A DNA stretch of 64,000 nucleotides, taken from a bacterium. GTDB lineage: Bacteria; UBA8248; JACPRG01; G963555815. The stretch covers positions 1,355,665 through 1,419,664 of the forward strand of contig CAUVWX020000001.1 of NCBI GenBank assembly GCA_963555815.3. Direction: 5' to 3'. Position numbers and translations under genes: made by a program. This document shows, piece after piece, positions 30,812 to 41,164 of the stretch (positions are counted from its first letter, which is position 1; every line of letters starts with the position of its first letter). The notes below the pieces were generated by a model. That model saw only the letters and a program-made list of their open reading frames with translations. It was not told the DNA's origin and did not search any database.

Positions 30812-32083
30812 TCAAGGCAAATACAACCTGAGGTCTGGAATGGTCCCGGCGACAGAGAACCAGAAAGCCCGTCTTGAAGGGAGGGGTTCCAGACGGGAGC
30901 CCTGAAGCGGACCGCTCACCGCCTGGCCCGAAAAGTCCCACGTGCTTTCGGTTTCCCGGTCCATAAATTTGCCGTCCTTGAATTGGAAGGTCAGTGGCTT
31001 GTCGTCAACCACCGCGGAATAAGCGAATCCGGCAGACTCCAGGGAGAATATCACCACCGGCTGATCTCCCACCTTGTCGTTCACCGCATTTTCCCCAATG
31101 AGGCCGATAGGATAGGCCTTGATGCCGGAATTCACCTCTGCCGTGATGACGACCTCACCGGCCCGAAGTCGGCTGTCCAGCTTGTCCTGGGAGATAGGGA
31201 AGGCGAAGCGTCCCTGGTTTAGTGAATCCGAATACCCGACAAAGGGGTCAAGGGCGAGGCGCCGACTGAAACCATCTCCATCGTCACCCACGAGCAAGCG
31301 GGTGTCTGGGTAAACGCGCTTCCACTCTCCCCAGCTCACCGTCGTGGATGGTAGGAGCGTGAGGCGCTTCCCCGTCAGCTCCCCGACAATCGCCTCGCCT
31401 CCCACCTGGAACCAGTAGGAACCCGTCTCGTGGTCGTACATGACGAGGTCCGAATGGTAGAGGGCGCTGGTGTTTCCGAAGAGCAGCGTTTTTCCTTCGA
31501 GGTTCCGGCTGTAGACGGCGCCGCTGCCACAGAGGGGGCAATAGCTGACCAGGATGGGGACGCCGTCAATCTCGTCGTTCACCAGCTCGCGGAAGTTCAG
31601 GGGCTTGATGGGGTAAGCGTAAGCACCGCTCTTGGACGTAAAGCCGATCACCAGATCATCATCCTTGAGCCAACTCAAGCCGCCCTTGTCGCCGTAGTCG
31701 GGGTTGTAGATGGGCTTGATGGCGTCCCTCAGGCGGCGGATCACGCGCTCAGAGGCCTCGGGGAGCCTCACGAATCTCCCGTCAAAGGTGTCAAACACAA
31801 CTTGGTCGAGAGCAACACCAAACTTCGTCATGTCTAGTTTGGGTACTGCATCCAAGTCGACGTCGACGCCTGCAACCTGAAAGATGGGATTGGCAGCAGG
31901 AATCTCATTCACCCTCGATATCAGGGCTGCGAGGAGAAGTGCCCCCAGGCCCAGCCCTGCGTACTTGAAGACAGCGCCTGAGATGCGAAAACGACCAGGC
32001 CGTTTGAACCGGCGAAGTCTTGCTGTGACAAAGCGCCAGCCACCGGGCTTCCAGGTCAACCGGGAAAGGGGATCCCTATCCAT
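30812..32083 (-). CDS. DUF3179-like membrane-anchored protein
   Basis: DAIKPIYNP, AYP, VND, SYCPLCGS, LVMYD.ET.S.W.Q..GEAI.G.L.G, FWF. Confidence 0.8.
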   Translation of the reverse strand: MDRDPLSRLTWKPGGWRFVTARLRRFKRPGRFRISGAVFKYAGLGLGALLLAALISRVNEIPAANPIFQVAGVDVDLDAVPKLDMTKFGVALDQVVFDTFDGRFVRLPEASERVIRRLRDAIKPIYNPDYGDKGGLSWLKDDDLVIGFTSKSGAYAYPIKPLNFRELVNDEIDGVPILVSYCPLCGSGAVYSRNLEGKTLLFGNTSALYHSDLVMYDHETGSYWFQVGGEAIVGELTGKRLTLLPSTTVSWGEWKRVYPDTRLLVGDDGDGFSRRLALDPFVGYSDSLNQGRFAFPISQDKLDSRLRAGEVVITAEVNSGIKAYPIGLIGENAVNDKVGDQPVVIFSLESAGFAYSAVVDDKPLTFQFKDGKFMDRETESTWDFSGQAVSGPLQGSRLEPLPSRRAFWFSVAGTIPDLRLYLP

Positions 32084-33270
32084 CAGATGGCGCCCTCCGC
32101 CCTCAACTTTTCGATCCTGGCCGGGTCGTAACCAAGAAGCCCCTGGAGGACTTCCTGCGTATGCTCCCCCAGGACTGGGGGAGGTGTCCGGATCTCAGCG
32201 GGGGTATCCGTGAATTTCACGGGGAGGCCCACGAGGCGGATCCGACCGGCCCTGGGGTGGTCGATTTCTTCGACCATCTTCCGGTGGAGGACCTGGGGGT
32301 CCTGAAAGACCCGGTCGAGGGTATTGACGGGGCCGCAGGGGACCCCGGCCGAAGAGAGGATCTGGAACCACTCCGCCGCTGTCTTTGTCTTCAGCCTCTC
32401 TTGGAGGATCTCCTCCAAAGCGTCTCGGTGCTTCACCCGGTCGGGATTGGTCTTAAAGCGAGTGTCCTCGGCCAACTCGGGAATGTCCAGGACGTTGCAG
32501 AGCTTTCGGAAAAGCTCGTCATTTCCCGCCCCGACCGTGACATAGATATCTTTGGCCTTGAAAGCCTGATAGGGAACGATGGAGGGGTGGTGGCTTCCCG
32601 CGCGTTGGGGGATTATCCCGGCCAGGAGGTAGTTGCTCGCTTGATTGATGAGGACAGAGACCTGGGTCTCGAGGAGGGAGAGGTCGATCCTTTGTCCCTT
32701 TCCCGTCTTCTCTCTGGCATAGAGGGCCGCCGAGATGGCCCCCTGGGCCATGATCCCGGTCGACACGTCGGTGACAGCGACGCCCACCTTGCAGGGCGGT
32801 CGGTCTTTCTCGCCCGTGATGCCCATGAGCCCGCCCAGGGCCGAGATAATGACGTCGTAGCCGGGATAATTCCGATAAGGCCCTGTCGGTCCGAAGGCGG
32901 AGATGGAGCAGTAGATGAGGCGGGGGTTCATGGCCGAAAGGGCCTGATACCCCAGCCCGAGTCTTTCCAGGGTGTCTGGCCTGAAATTCTCGACAAAGAC
33001 ATCTGAGCGCCTGGCCAATTCCAGGGCGATCTTTAGCCCCTCCGGATGCTTGAGGTTCAGACTGAGGCTCTTTTTGTTCCGGTTAAGGCTGAGGAAATAG
33101 GCACTCTCCCCTTCGATGAAGGGGGGCCCCCACTGGCGGGTGTCATCTCCCCGTTCCGGACGCTCCACCTTGATGACCTCCGCCCCCAGGTCTCCAAGGA
33201 GCATGGTGCAGTAAGGGCCGGTCGCCGCCTGGGATAGGTCCAGGACGCGGATGCCTTCAAGCGGTCCCAA
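32083..33270 (-). CDS. CaiB/BaiF family (class III) CoA-transferase
   Basis: PLEGIRVLDLS, LGAEVIKVE, NRNKKS, ENFRP, PGYD, LGEHT. Confidence 0.95.
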   Translation of the reverse strand: MGPLEGIRVLDLSQAATGPYCTMLLGDLGAEVIKVERPERGDDTRQWGPPFIEGESAYFLSLNRNKKSLSLNLKHPEGLKIALELARRSDVFVENFRPDTLERLGLGYQALSAMNPRLIYCSISAFGPTGPYRNYPGYDVIISALGGLMGITGEKDRPPCKVGVAVTDVSTGIMAQGAISAALYAREKTGKGQRIDLSLLETQVSVLINQASNYLLAGIIPQRAGSHHPSIVPYQAFKAKDIYVTVGAGNDELFRKLCNVLDIPELAEDTRFKTNPDRVKHRDALEEILQERLKTKTAAEWFQILSSAGVPCGPVNTLDRVFQDPQVLHRKMVEEIDHPRAGRIRLVGLPVKFTDTPAEIRTPPPVLGEHTQEVLQGLLGYDPARIEKLRAEGAI

Positions 33271-33493
33271 CGGCCCTCCTTGCCGGATAGGGGACTATGC
33301 CCGGCAGATGTGCAAGGCTGGACGGCTACGTTCTGAATCCAAAGCGACCTCCTCTCCGGACGTTCACCCTGGGGGTCGAGTGGATCGCCACCATAGTAAC
33401 AGGGGACGTAAAATCAGAAAGATATAAAAATACATAAAACAAAAAATCGTATAGAATCAATAAGTTCCATATTATCTTGAGGGGAGGCCGCAA

Positions 33494-34891
33494 ATGACCG
33501 ACGAGCCGCTCTATTATCTCGAGATTGCAGAGGCGGCCGCGCGCATCGAAAAGAAGGCGCTTTCGCCTATCGAACTGACCCGCGCGGTGCTTGATCGAAT
33601 CGACGAGAAGGATGGTGAGGTCAAGGCCTTCGTGACGTTATTGCGGGATCAGGCCCTTTCGGATGCGGAGGCCGCCGAAAAGCGGGTGCAGGTTGGAGAA
33701 TACCGGGGGCCGCTCGACGGAATCCCCATAGCCATCAAGGATATCTACAATACGGCCGGCGTGCGCACGACCTCATGCTCCAAGGTGCGCGAAAGCTTTG
33801 TGCCCGACCAGGATGCCACAACAGTGGCTAAGCTCCGCGCGGCGGGCGTGGTCATCCTCGGGAAGGTCGCAACCTACGAATTCGCCGTCGGCTTCGATGC
33901 GCCGCCGGCTGGCAATCCGTGGAACACCGACCACACCCCATCGGGTTCGAGCGGCGGATCCTGTGCGGCGCTCGCGGCCGGTTTCTGCCTCGGTGCGACC
34001 GGCAGCGATACGGGCGGATCGATCCGCGCGCCGGCGGCGGCTTGTGGTGTGTCTGGCATCAAGCCAACCTATGGTCGCGCGAGCAAGCATGGGGTGACCG
34101 TGTTGAGCTGGAGTCTGGATCACACCGGGCCTTTGACGCGATCGGCACGGGACCTTGCCTTGATGCTCAACGTCATGGCTGGCCACGATCCGCTTGATCA
34201 GACAACGATCGACGTGCCTGTACCGGACTATTCGGCGGCATTGAATGGGGACATCGCCGGCGTCAGGGTTGGCGTGCCACAAAATTACTTCTTCGAGCAA
34301 GTGAATCCGGCCGTTGAGGAAATTGTACGCGCCGCTATTAGCCAGCTTGAATCGCAGGGCGCCCAGCTGCTGGACGTGACTATTGGCAATCTCGATAACC
34401 TTGTGGAGAGTTTTCTAAGTATCGTGCAATCCGAGGCGGCAGCCTACCATCTGGAAACGTTCAAGACACACGCAGGCGCATACAACGATGATAATCGCCT
34501 CTACCTCGAACAAGGGCAGCTCATTCTTGCAACAACCTATGTCAATGCCCTGCGGTCAAGGGAAGTGATTCGCGATAGCTTCCGGGAGGCATTTGCCGAT
34601 ATTGATGTCATGGTGACGCCAGGGTTGCCCGTAACGGCGCCGCGCAAGGATCAGGAGACCTATTCCTGGCCGGAGGGGGAGGAGCCGGTCTTCCGCGCCC
34701 ATGCACGGCTCAATTGCCCCTTTAATCTGTCGGGACTGCCGGGCGCCACTGTTCCCTGCGGTTTCGCGCCTGACGGACTTCCGGTGGGTATACAGATCGT
34801 AGGCAAACCGTTCGAGGAAGGCATGGTCCTGCGCGTCGCTGACGCCTATCAGCAAGCAACGGACTGGCACAGGAGGCGGCCATCTCTCTGA
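33494..34891 (+). CDS. amidase signature family enzyme (GatA-like)
   Basis: IAIKD, SGSSGGS, GSDTGGSIRAPA, GIKPTYGR. Confidence 0.92.
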   Translation: MTDEPLYYLEIAEAAARIEKKALSPIELTRAVLDRIDEKDGEVKAFVTLLRDQALSDAEAAEKRVQVGEYRGPLDGIPIAIKDIYNTAGVRTTSCSKVRESFVPDQDATTVAKLRAAGVVILGKVATYEFAVGFDAPPAGNPWNTDHTPSGSSGGSCAALAAGFCLGATGSDTGGSIRAPAAACGVSGIKPTYGRASKHGVTVLSWSLDHTGPLTRSARDLALMLNVMAGHDPLDQTTIDVPVPDYSAALNGDIAGVRVGVPQNYFFEQVNPAVEEIVRAAISQLESQGAQLLDVTIGNLDNLVESFLSIVQSEAAAYHLETFKTHAGAYNDDNRLYLEQGQLILATTYVNALRSREVIRDSFREAFADIDVMVTPGLPVTAPRKDQETYSWPEGEEPVFRAHARLNCPFNLSGLPGATVPCGFAPDGLPVGIQIVGKPFEEGMVLRVADAYQQATDWHRRRPSL

Positions 34892-34989
34892 TCGCTCGGC
34901 TTATGGGACCGGGCTCTTATCGGCGTCCGGCCCCGGTGGCGCCCCGGGCCGGAGCGAATTAATCGGACAAGACTCCAGAGGAGGCCGCG

Positions 34990-36051
34990 ATGGATATGGA
35001 ACAGCGGATCAAGGTCTGCGCCGCGCATGTGGCGCCTGTGTTTCTCGACGCGGTCGCCACGGTCTCCAAGGCCTGCAAACTTATCGGTGAGGCTGCGGCA
35101 AATGGTGCCCGCCTGATCGCCTTTCCCGAATCCTATGTGCCGGGCTTTCCCGTATGGGCCGCACTGCGCGCGCCGATCCATAATCATGAATACTTCAAGG
35201 CGATAGCCCGGCAATCCATTGAGGTGCCGGGCCCGCTTACGGACCAGCTCTGCAATGCCGCCAGGCGACACCAGGTCTTCGTGTCCGTCGGGATCAGCGA
35301 GGGCACACGCGCAAGTGTCGGCTGCCTGTGGAATTCCAACCTGCTGATCGGCGAGGACGGGTCGATCCTGAACCATCACCGCAAAATCGTCCCGACGTTC
35401 TACGAAAAGCTCATCTGGGCCAACGGAGATGGGGCAGGCCTTCGGGTCGTGGAGACGGCGATCGGGCGGCTCGGCATGCTGATCTGCGGCGAGAACACCA
35501 ATCCGCTGGCGCGCTACGCGCTCATGGCGCAAGGCGAGCAAATCCACGTCTCGTCCTATCCGCCGGTCTGGCCGACCCGCGATCCGTCCGAGGGCGGCAA
35601 CTATGATTTTGCCGCCGCGATTCGTATTCGGGCCGGTGCCCATTCCTTCGAAGGCAAATTGTTCAATGTCGTCGCCTCCACTTTTCTGGATGTGGGAACG
35701 CTGCGAGCGCTGGAACCGGCGGGAGCTGATGCCCTACGAATTCTACGCGAGACGCCGCGGGGAATATCGGTCGTTATCGGGCCGTCCGGACTACCGGTCA
35801 GCGATACGCTGTGCGATGACGAGGGTCTCTTGTACCACGACGTCGATCTTGGAGATTGTGTGGAGCCGAAGCAGTTCCACGATGTCGTCGGCTCTTATAA
35901 CCGGTTCGACATCTTCAAGCTGACGGTCAACCCCTCGGCCAACATGCCGTTGAGCTACGACGACACGGCAAGCACCCGCCCGGTCTCCTTCGATCCGCCG
36001 CTGGAGGAGGAAGCGACGGCGGGCCGTGTCGATAATCTGATCGGGTCCTAA
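34990..36051 (+). CDS. nitrilase (carbon-nitrogen hydrolase)
   Basis: FPES, HRKIVPT..E, ICGEN catalytic triad, and C-terminal DVVGSYNRFDIF. Confidence 0.92.
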   Translation: MDMEQRIKVCAAHVAPVFLDAVATVSKACKLIGEAAANGARLIAFPESYVPGFPVWAALRAPIHNHEYFKAIARQSIEVPGPLTDQLCNAARRHQVFVSVGISEGTRASVGCLWNSNLLIGEDGSILNHHRKIVPTFYEKLIWANGDGAGLRVVETAIGRLGMLICGENTNPLARYALMAQGEQIHVSSYPPVWPTRDPSEGGNYDFAAAIRIRAGAHSFEGKLFNVVASTFLDVGTLRALEPAGADALRILRETPRGISVVIGPSGLPVSDTLCDDEGLLYHDVDLGDCVEPKQFHDVVGSYNRFDIFKLTVNPSANMPLSYDDTASTRPVSFDPPLEEEATAGRVDNLIGS

Positions 36052-36111
36052 GCGCAAAAGAGGCGCCGTCAAGTTTTAGTTTAAGTTCTATAACCCAGGG
36101 AGGAAGGGGAA

Positions 36112-36951
36112 ATGGAAGAGACATGGGTGCCCGTACCGACCGAAGACGACATCAGGAAATCCGAGGAAGGCAAGTCGAACTTTATCGGACCTGAAGGCCA
36201 GCAACCTCCGGCTACGCTTGAAATGCCGGGCGGAGGAAAAAGTCCTCAGAAAACCTGGGCCTCTTTCACTTATGTCCCCGCGCCGCCGATAATCGATATG
36301 CGGAGCTGGAGGTTTGAAACGTACGGACTCGTAAATGAACCCCTAAGCCTTACTTACGACGAGTTCAAGAAACTCCCGATGATGACTAGCACTGAAAATC
36401 ACACCTGCATTGATCAGGTCTATGCGCCGGGTCATGAGTTTGGAGGCGTTGATTTCAAGACGATTGTAGAGCTCACGAAGCCTGACTCTGACTGCAAATG
36501 GATCCTGTACGAATGCAACGGCGGATACACGATAAGTCATTCGATCCTCCGAAGCATGATGTTGGTGTACACGCGGCATGGAGAGCCACTCGACCCAGCC
36601 CATGGATACCCCCTAAGGGCCTGGATTCCCGCAGAGTGGGGATTCAAGAATCCGAAATGGGTAACGAGGATCAAGTTCTGCGAAGAGCGGGAGCCGGATT
36701 TTTGGATGGCGTGGATGAAGCAGAAGGGTATCGACTTGGAGGTTCTGGCGGGCGGCTACGATACGAATGTCTCATCCGGTGTTGATTTTGACACAATCGA
36801 GAAGTTCAACAACTTCATGTACCTAAATTGGCAGAAAGAGATGCGCCAGAATATTTTGGGGCCCAGAGGAAGGGGGCAATCGATGCACCGTGCGCCAATC
36901 ATAATCGGCGACGATACCTGGAATGGCGAAAACTTCAAGTACACGATGTGA
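36112..36951 (+). CDS. molybdopterin-dependent oxidoreductase (sulfite oxidase/MsrP-like catalytic domain)
   Basis: W.F...GLV..P..L, HTCI (candidate Mo-ligating Cys), GEPLDPAHGYPLR, GFKNPKW. Confidence 0.8.
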   Translation: MEETWVPVPTEDDIRKSEEGKSNFIGPEGQQPPATLEMPGGGKSPQKTWASFTYVPAPPIIDMRSWRFETYGLVNEPLSLTYDEFKKLPMMTSTENHTCIDQVYAPGHEFGGVDFKTIVELTKPDSDCKWILYECNGGYTISHSILRSMMLVYTRHGEPLDPAHGYPLRAWIPAEWGFKNPKWVTRIKFCEEREPDFWMAWMKQKGIDLEVLAGGYDTNVSSGVDFDTIEKFNNFMYLNWQKEMRQNILGPRGRGQSMHRAPIIIGDDTWNGENFKYTM

Positions 36952-36979
36952 TGACCAACTGTCCAGGGAGGGACTCACG

Positions 36980-37396
36980 ATGACGGTTGAAGGGCCAAAG
37001 AAGTGGTATTTTGCTTGCAAGGCAAGCCAGATTGCCGAAGACCGCCAAAAAATGCAAGTTCACGTATTTAATACAGAAGTGCTTATCATAAACGCTGGCG
37101 GCGCTTACCATGCGATGGAGCCATGGTGTCCTCATAACGCGACGCCACTGGTTCATGGGCACGTGAAGAAGGATCCTGAGTCGCTGACTCTGGTCTGCGC
37201 CGAACATGCAATGCAGATCGATATAAAAACGGGGAAAAACCTATGCGGCCCATACGGGTCCGAGAGCGGGCATTTGGGACAAGTCTGGACGTATCCGACT
37301 AAGGTTGAAAATGGAAGAATTTATGTTCGGCTAAAGAAAGACTCCGAAAAAGAAGAGCATTACAGGAACTTAGAGATTCCTTTTAAAGCGCAGTAA
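36980..37396 (+). CDS. Rieske [2Fe-2S] domain protein
   Basis: CPH...CAEH motif with a GGAGGG RBS. Confidence 0.85.
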   Translation: MTVEGPKKWYFACKASQIAEDRQKMQVHVFNTEVLIINAGGAYHAMEPWCPHNATPLVHGHVKKDPESLTLVCAEHAMQIDIKTGKNLCGPYGSESGHLGQVWTYPTKVENGRIYVRLKKDSEKEEHYRNLEIPFKAQ

Positions 37397-37576
37397 GGCA
37401 TTGTCAGATTAACAGGGCATGAGCTGGCTGATCGGAAGCGTCCCCCCGTGTCCCCCTTCGCTCACCTTTCGTCACCTTGCATCAACCTCGTTTCTTTACA
37501 GCCAAGCTCTCCATCTCCTGTAAAGAAAAGGGGTTGCGTGGCTTACGGTGCGTGATATCTTGATCCGTAGACTGAC

Positions 37577-37667
<91 letters not shown>

Positions 37668-37927
37668 GCCCTTACATCTTTGATATTGCTACGTGTTTTG
37701 TGGATCTCGTCCCCGTTTTTCTGCCCAAATCCCGGGCGCTTGCCGATGCTTTGGTGAGGGGCTTCGGTTGGCAGAGACGCTTCTGCGTGGCGTTGGCGTA
37801 GTGTTTTCACACGCCCGTCTCTCAAGCCCTTTTCAGTGGTACGGGTTTCGAGGGCGTCATCGGTTGACACGGCTCTCTATGATCTGTGCCCAGCGACAGA
37901 ACCGGCCGGCTTGGGATGGACCGGAGA

Positions 37928-39679
37928 TTAAGCGGGCGCGAACCCGAGCCGCTTCCTCTGGGCTTCCCAACTGAGCGGCAGACGGGTGTTTCTCATGAGC
38001 TTTTCGGCGGTCAGCTCGGGCGGTTGCTGCCCGTCGACGATGGCGGTGGCGATGTCCGGGGCGAGGTAGCTCAGCCGCAGCAACCGGGTGACATAGGAGG
38101 GTGAGACGCCTTCGACCTCGGCGATCCGCTGCAGGGTGAGATCGGGGTTTTGCTCCAATCGATCCTGGATGGCGAAGGCGCGCAGCAGCAGCCGGATCAG
38201 GCCCGGGGCGCACTTGGCATTGTTGCGGGCGCCGGGGACGACTAGTTTCATGCCCGTGCCAGCGCGCTTAAGGGCGATTGGAATATCCAGGATGATCGGA
38301 TGTTTGGCTGGCTGAGCGTCCTGCCTCGATCTTTTTATTGAGACGACGTCCGGTCCTGCCAGGAGGGTGGCCAGGGCCCGCTCGCCGTCGATCTCGATCA
38401 CGACGCGGGCGGACTCGACGATCACCCGCCGGAGAAGCGCATTGAGATAGGCCTTGGCCTGGTGCGGTTTCAGCTCAGGCCACCGGTCCGCGAGCGATTG
38501 CGCCTGGGTGATCAAGCTGGCATGAGCCGATGCCTCTTGAGGGTCTCCATCGATGACAGCGCTGATCGCGGCCGCATCAGCGAGCCAGTCCCTGAGACGG
38601 ACAGTAACGAGGCCTTCGAGATCCGCCGCCGGGAGGCGCCACCCCTTGCGGCCGGCTCGCTTGCCCTCGAGGATGAGATGGCGGGAGACGTAGTAGCGAT
38701 AGCGCCGTCCCTTCTTGACGGCATGGCTGGGTGAGAGGCCCTCGCCCTGCTCGTCAACGACCAGGCCCGTCAGCAGGCTCGGTTGCCGGGTCCCTTCTCG
38801 GCGCTCGCCGTTCGTGTTGGCGGCCAGGGTGGCTTGAACCTCATCCCACAGCGCTTCATCGACAATGGCCTCATGCTGGCCGGGATAGGCCTTGTCCTTG
38901 TGGACCATCTCGCCCCGGTAGAGGCGATTGTGGAGCAGGTGATACAGCGCCCCGCGGTTGATGGGTTTGCCGCCGACAATACTGCCGTCGCGCCTCACTC
39001 GCCGCTTGCTGGTGACGCCTTCGGCGGCGAGCCGGTCGCGCAGTTCACGCACGGATTCGATTTCCCGGTACTGGCGGATGATAGACCGGACCGTTTCGGC
39101 CTCGGCCTTGTTGACGATGAGCTTTTTGTCCTTCACATCGTAGCCCAAGGGCGGGTTGCCGCCCATCCACATCCCCTTCTTCTTCGAAGCGGCGATCTTG
39201 TCGCGGATGCGTTCGCCCGTGACCTCGCGCTCGAATTGGGCGAAGGAGAGCAGGACGTTCAAGGTCAGACGCCCCATCGAGGTGGTGGTGTTGAACTGCT
39301 GGGTGACCGAGACGAACGAGACGTCCTTTCGGTCGAAGATCTCCACAAGCCGGGCAAAATCCGACAGCGTCCGGGTCAGCCGGTCGACCTTGTAGACGAC
39401 GATCGTGTCGATCCGCCCGACCTTGACATCGGCGAGCAGGCGTTGCAACGCCGGGCGCTCCAGGGTGGCGCCGGAGACGCCGCCATCGTCGTAACAGGTG
39501 GGCAGCACGATCCAGCCCTCGTGCTTCTGGCTCGCGATATAGGCCTCGCAGGCCTCCCGCTGCGCCTGCAGCGAGTTGAAGTCCTGCTCAAGGCCTTCTT
39601 CGGAGGATTTGCGGGTGTAGATGGCGCAGCGCACCGTGGCCAGACTCCTCGCCCGTGGTGATTTCCGATGCTCAGCCAT
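37928..39679 (-). CDS. large serine recombinase (resolvase domain, recombinase domain and C-terminal HTH-like tail)
   Basis: CAIYTRKSSEEG, RPALQRLL, YKVDRLTR, FAQFERE, PLGY, NRLYRGE, HEAIVD. Confidence 0.95.
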   Translation of the reverse strand: MAEHRKSPRARSLATVRCAIYTRKSSEEGLEQDFNSLQAQREACEAYIASQKHEGWIVLPTCYDDGGVSGATLERPALQRLLADVKVGRIDTIVVYKVDRLTRTLSDFARLVEIFDRKDVSFVSVTQQFNTTTSMGRLTLNVLLSFAQFEREVTGERIRDKIAASKKKGMWMGGNPPLGYDVKDKKLIVNKAEAETVRSIIRQYREIESVRELRDRLAAEGVTSKRRVRRDGSIVGGKPINRGALYHLLHNRLYRGEMVHKDKAYPGQHEAIVDEALWDEVQATLAANTNGERREGTRQPSLLTGLVVDEQGEGLSPSHAVKKGRRYRYYVSRHLILEGKRAGRKGWRLPAADLEGLVTVRLRDWLADAAAISAVIDGDPQEASAHASLITQAQSLADRWPELKPHQAKAYLNALLRRVIVESARVVIEIDGERALATLLAGPDVVSIKRSRQDAQPAKHPIILDIPIALKRAGTGMKLVVPGARNNAKCAPGLIRLLLRAFAIQDRLEQNPDLTLQRIAEVEGVSPSYVTRLLRLSYLAPDIATAIVDGQQPPELTAEKLMRNTRLPLSWEAQRKRLGFAPA

Positions 39680-40160
39680 GGTCCGCCGCCGATGCGCTCT
39701 CGCCTGAAGGCCGCAGGCCGAAGAAGCGGGGACCGGACCAGTGCGCGCCCGTGATCCGTTGGGCGATAGCGGTCAAGGAACCATAGGCCTCCCCGTCGTA
39801 ATTGAAGCCGCCTTCGGTCGCGGTGACGACATGGGTCCGGCCCTGCCATTCGCGCACCAGCCGTGTGCCGGGGCGCACCTTGGTGCCGTTGTCGGGGGCG
39901 ACCCGGCCGGTCTCGGAGAAGGCTTTGGCCAGGGTCCGGAGACGCCGCCGCGTCGCACGGCTTAAGCCGCCATACACTTGCTCCTGGCGCTTGTAGGCGA
40001 TCCCCCGGATAAGCAGGTCCCGGCTGAGCCGCCGGGGCGGGGGCGCCCGGTGATGGCGGCGCCATTCATCGCGCAGCGCCGGCAGGTCCATCTCCTGGAT
40101 CTCGGTCATTTGGGTCTCGATCGTCGGCATCTTGTGGCCTCCTCCGGGCAGGCTCGTCAT
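39672..40160 (-). CDS. DUF2924-like protein
   Basis: IAYKRQEQVYGGL, PGTRLVREWQG, SLTAIAQRITGAHWSGPRFFGL. Overlaps the LSR start. Confidence 0.88.
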   Translation of the reverse strand: MTSLPGGGHKMPTIETQMTEIQEMDLPALRDEWRRHHRAPPPRRLSRDLLIRGIAYKRQEQVYGGLSRATRRRLRTLAKAFSETGRVAPDNGTKVRPGTRLVREWQGRTHVVTATEGGFNYDGEAYGSLTAIAQRITGAHWSGPRFFGLRPSGESASAADHG

Positions 40161-40774
40161 CGATGATTGCCGCCCGGGTCACCTCCATTGACGCTCCGTT
40201 GCCCGGTGGAAGTCCAGTCCGAAAGCGAATTTATCAGGCTCGTGCAAAAAGGGAGGGCGTCTCTGTGTGGTGAAGCGGCTCATGAGCGTCCAATGTCGTC
40301 CGTTCGCAGGCTGTAAGCTTTTACGAACGGCTCCGTCGATGAATCTCGCGGCGGCCACTGTTGGCCCCCTCAATGCAGTCATCGCGACTGAAACAGGGAG
40401 CCGCATATGTTAGCGTCATCTTCGGGGTGAGCAGTATGGGAATCACGGTGGGGATCCGTCGGCGCCTGCGTTGCCGGTCCCACTGCCAGCGCAAAAACTG
40501 CGTGGAACGGCCTCGAAGGCATGTTCGTCTGGTATCTCGGACCTCGAACGGGGGCTAAGTGCGCACGATACGCGTTTCAGGTACCTTGCCGCGGCCACCT
40601 CACCGCTGCGGCCGTTGCGGTGGCTGCCACCCCAGAAACCGGCGGCGAGGCCCCCACCCAACCCCGCTCGAAGTCCGCCTGCGTCCAGTCGCCGCACATC
40701 GGGCGGCACCGAGACCCAGCACCCGCAGGACATCCGGCTTCGTCACCAGCTCGGCGGGCGGCGTTCCAAGTCCA

Positions 40775-41164
40775 TCACGCTGTCTCCCCTTCCGCGATCA
40801 ACTCCCGCAGGCCGCGCAGGTCCTCGTCGGTCAGCGGGGACAGGTCGGGCCGGGTCTCTTTAGGTACGTGTTTTTCCAGCTTCTCGGGCACGTGTTTATC
40901 GATCAACTGGAGCAGCTTGATCTGATCGTTCATCGACCCGTGGAGCGCTTTCGAGACCAGGCTTTCCACCAGCGCCTCGAACACGGTCACCCTCCGCGTC
41001 CTGCCGTTCTCGCGGAGAGTCACCTTGCGGTCGATCACTTCCCGGATCACCGAGCGATTGTTCCTGCGGCCCCTGGGCCGGCCCGCCGGGTTGCCCGACC
41101 GGCCTGGCTGGAACCGGTTCCGCTCCGGCGGTTTGCCGTAGCCGATCTCGTAGCCTTCCATCAT
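40775..41164 (-). CDS. DUF5681-like protein (terminase small subunit-like N-terminus)
   Basis: YEIGYGKPP...FQPGRSGNPAGRP. Confidence 0.8.
   Translation of the reverse strand: MMEGYEIGYGKPPERNRFQPGRSGNPAGRPRGRRNNRSVIREVIDRKVTLRENGRTRRVTVFEALVESLVSKALHGSMNDQIKLLQLIDKHVPEKLEKHVPKETRPDLSPLTDEDLRGLRELIAEGETA

Noticed and set aside
40240..40405. Cobalamin riboswitch (CTGTAAG and GCCACTG words)
   Set aside because: The other conserved elements (GGGAA, GGGAAG after GCCACTG, AGYCAGRAGAC) are missing and no B12-related gene follows.
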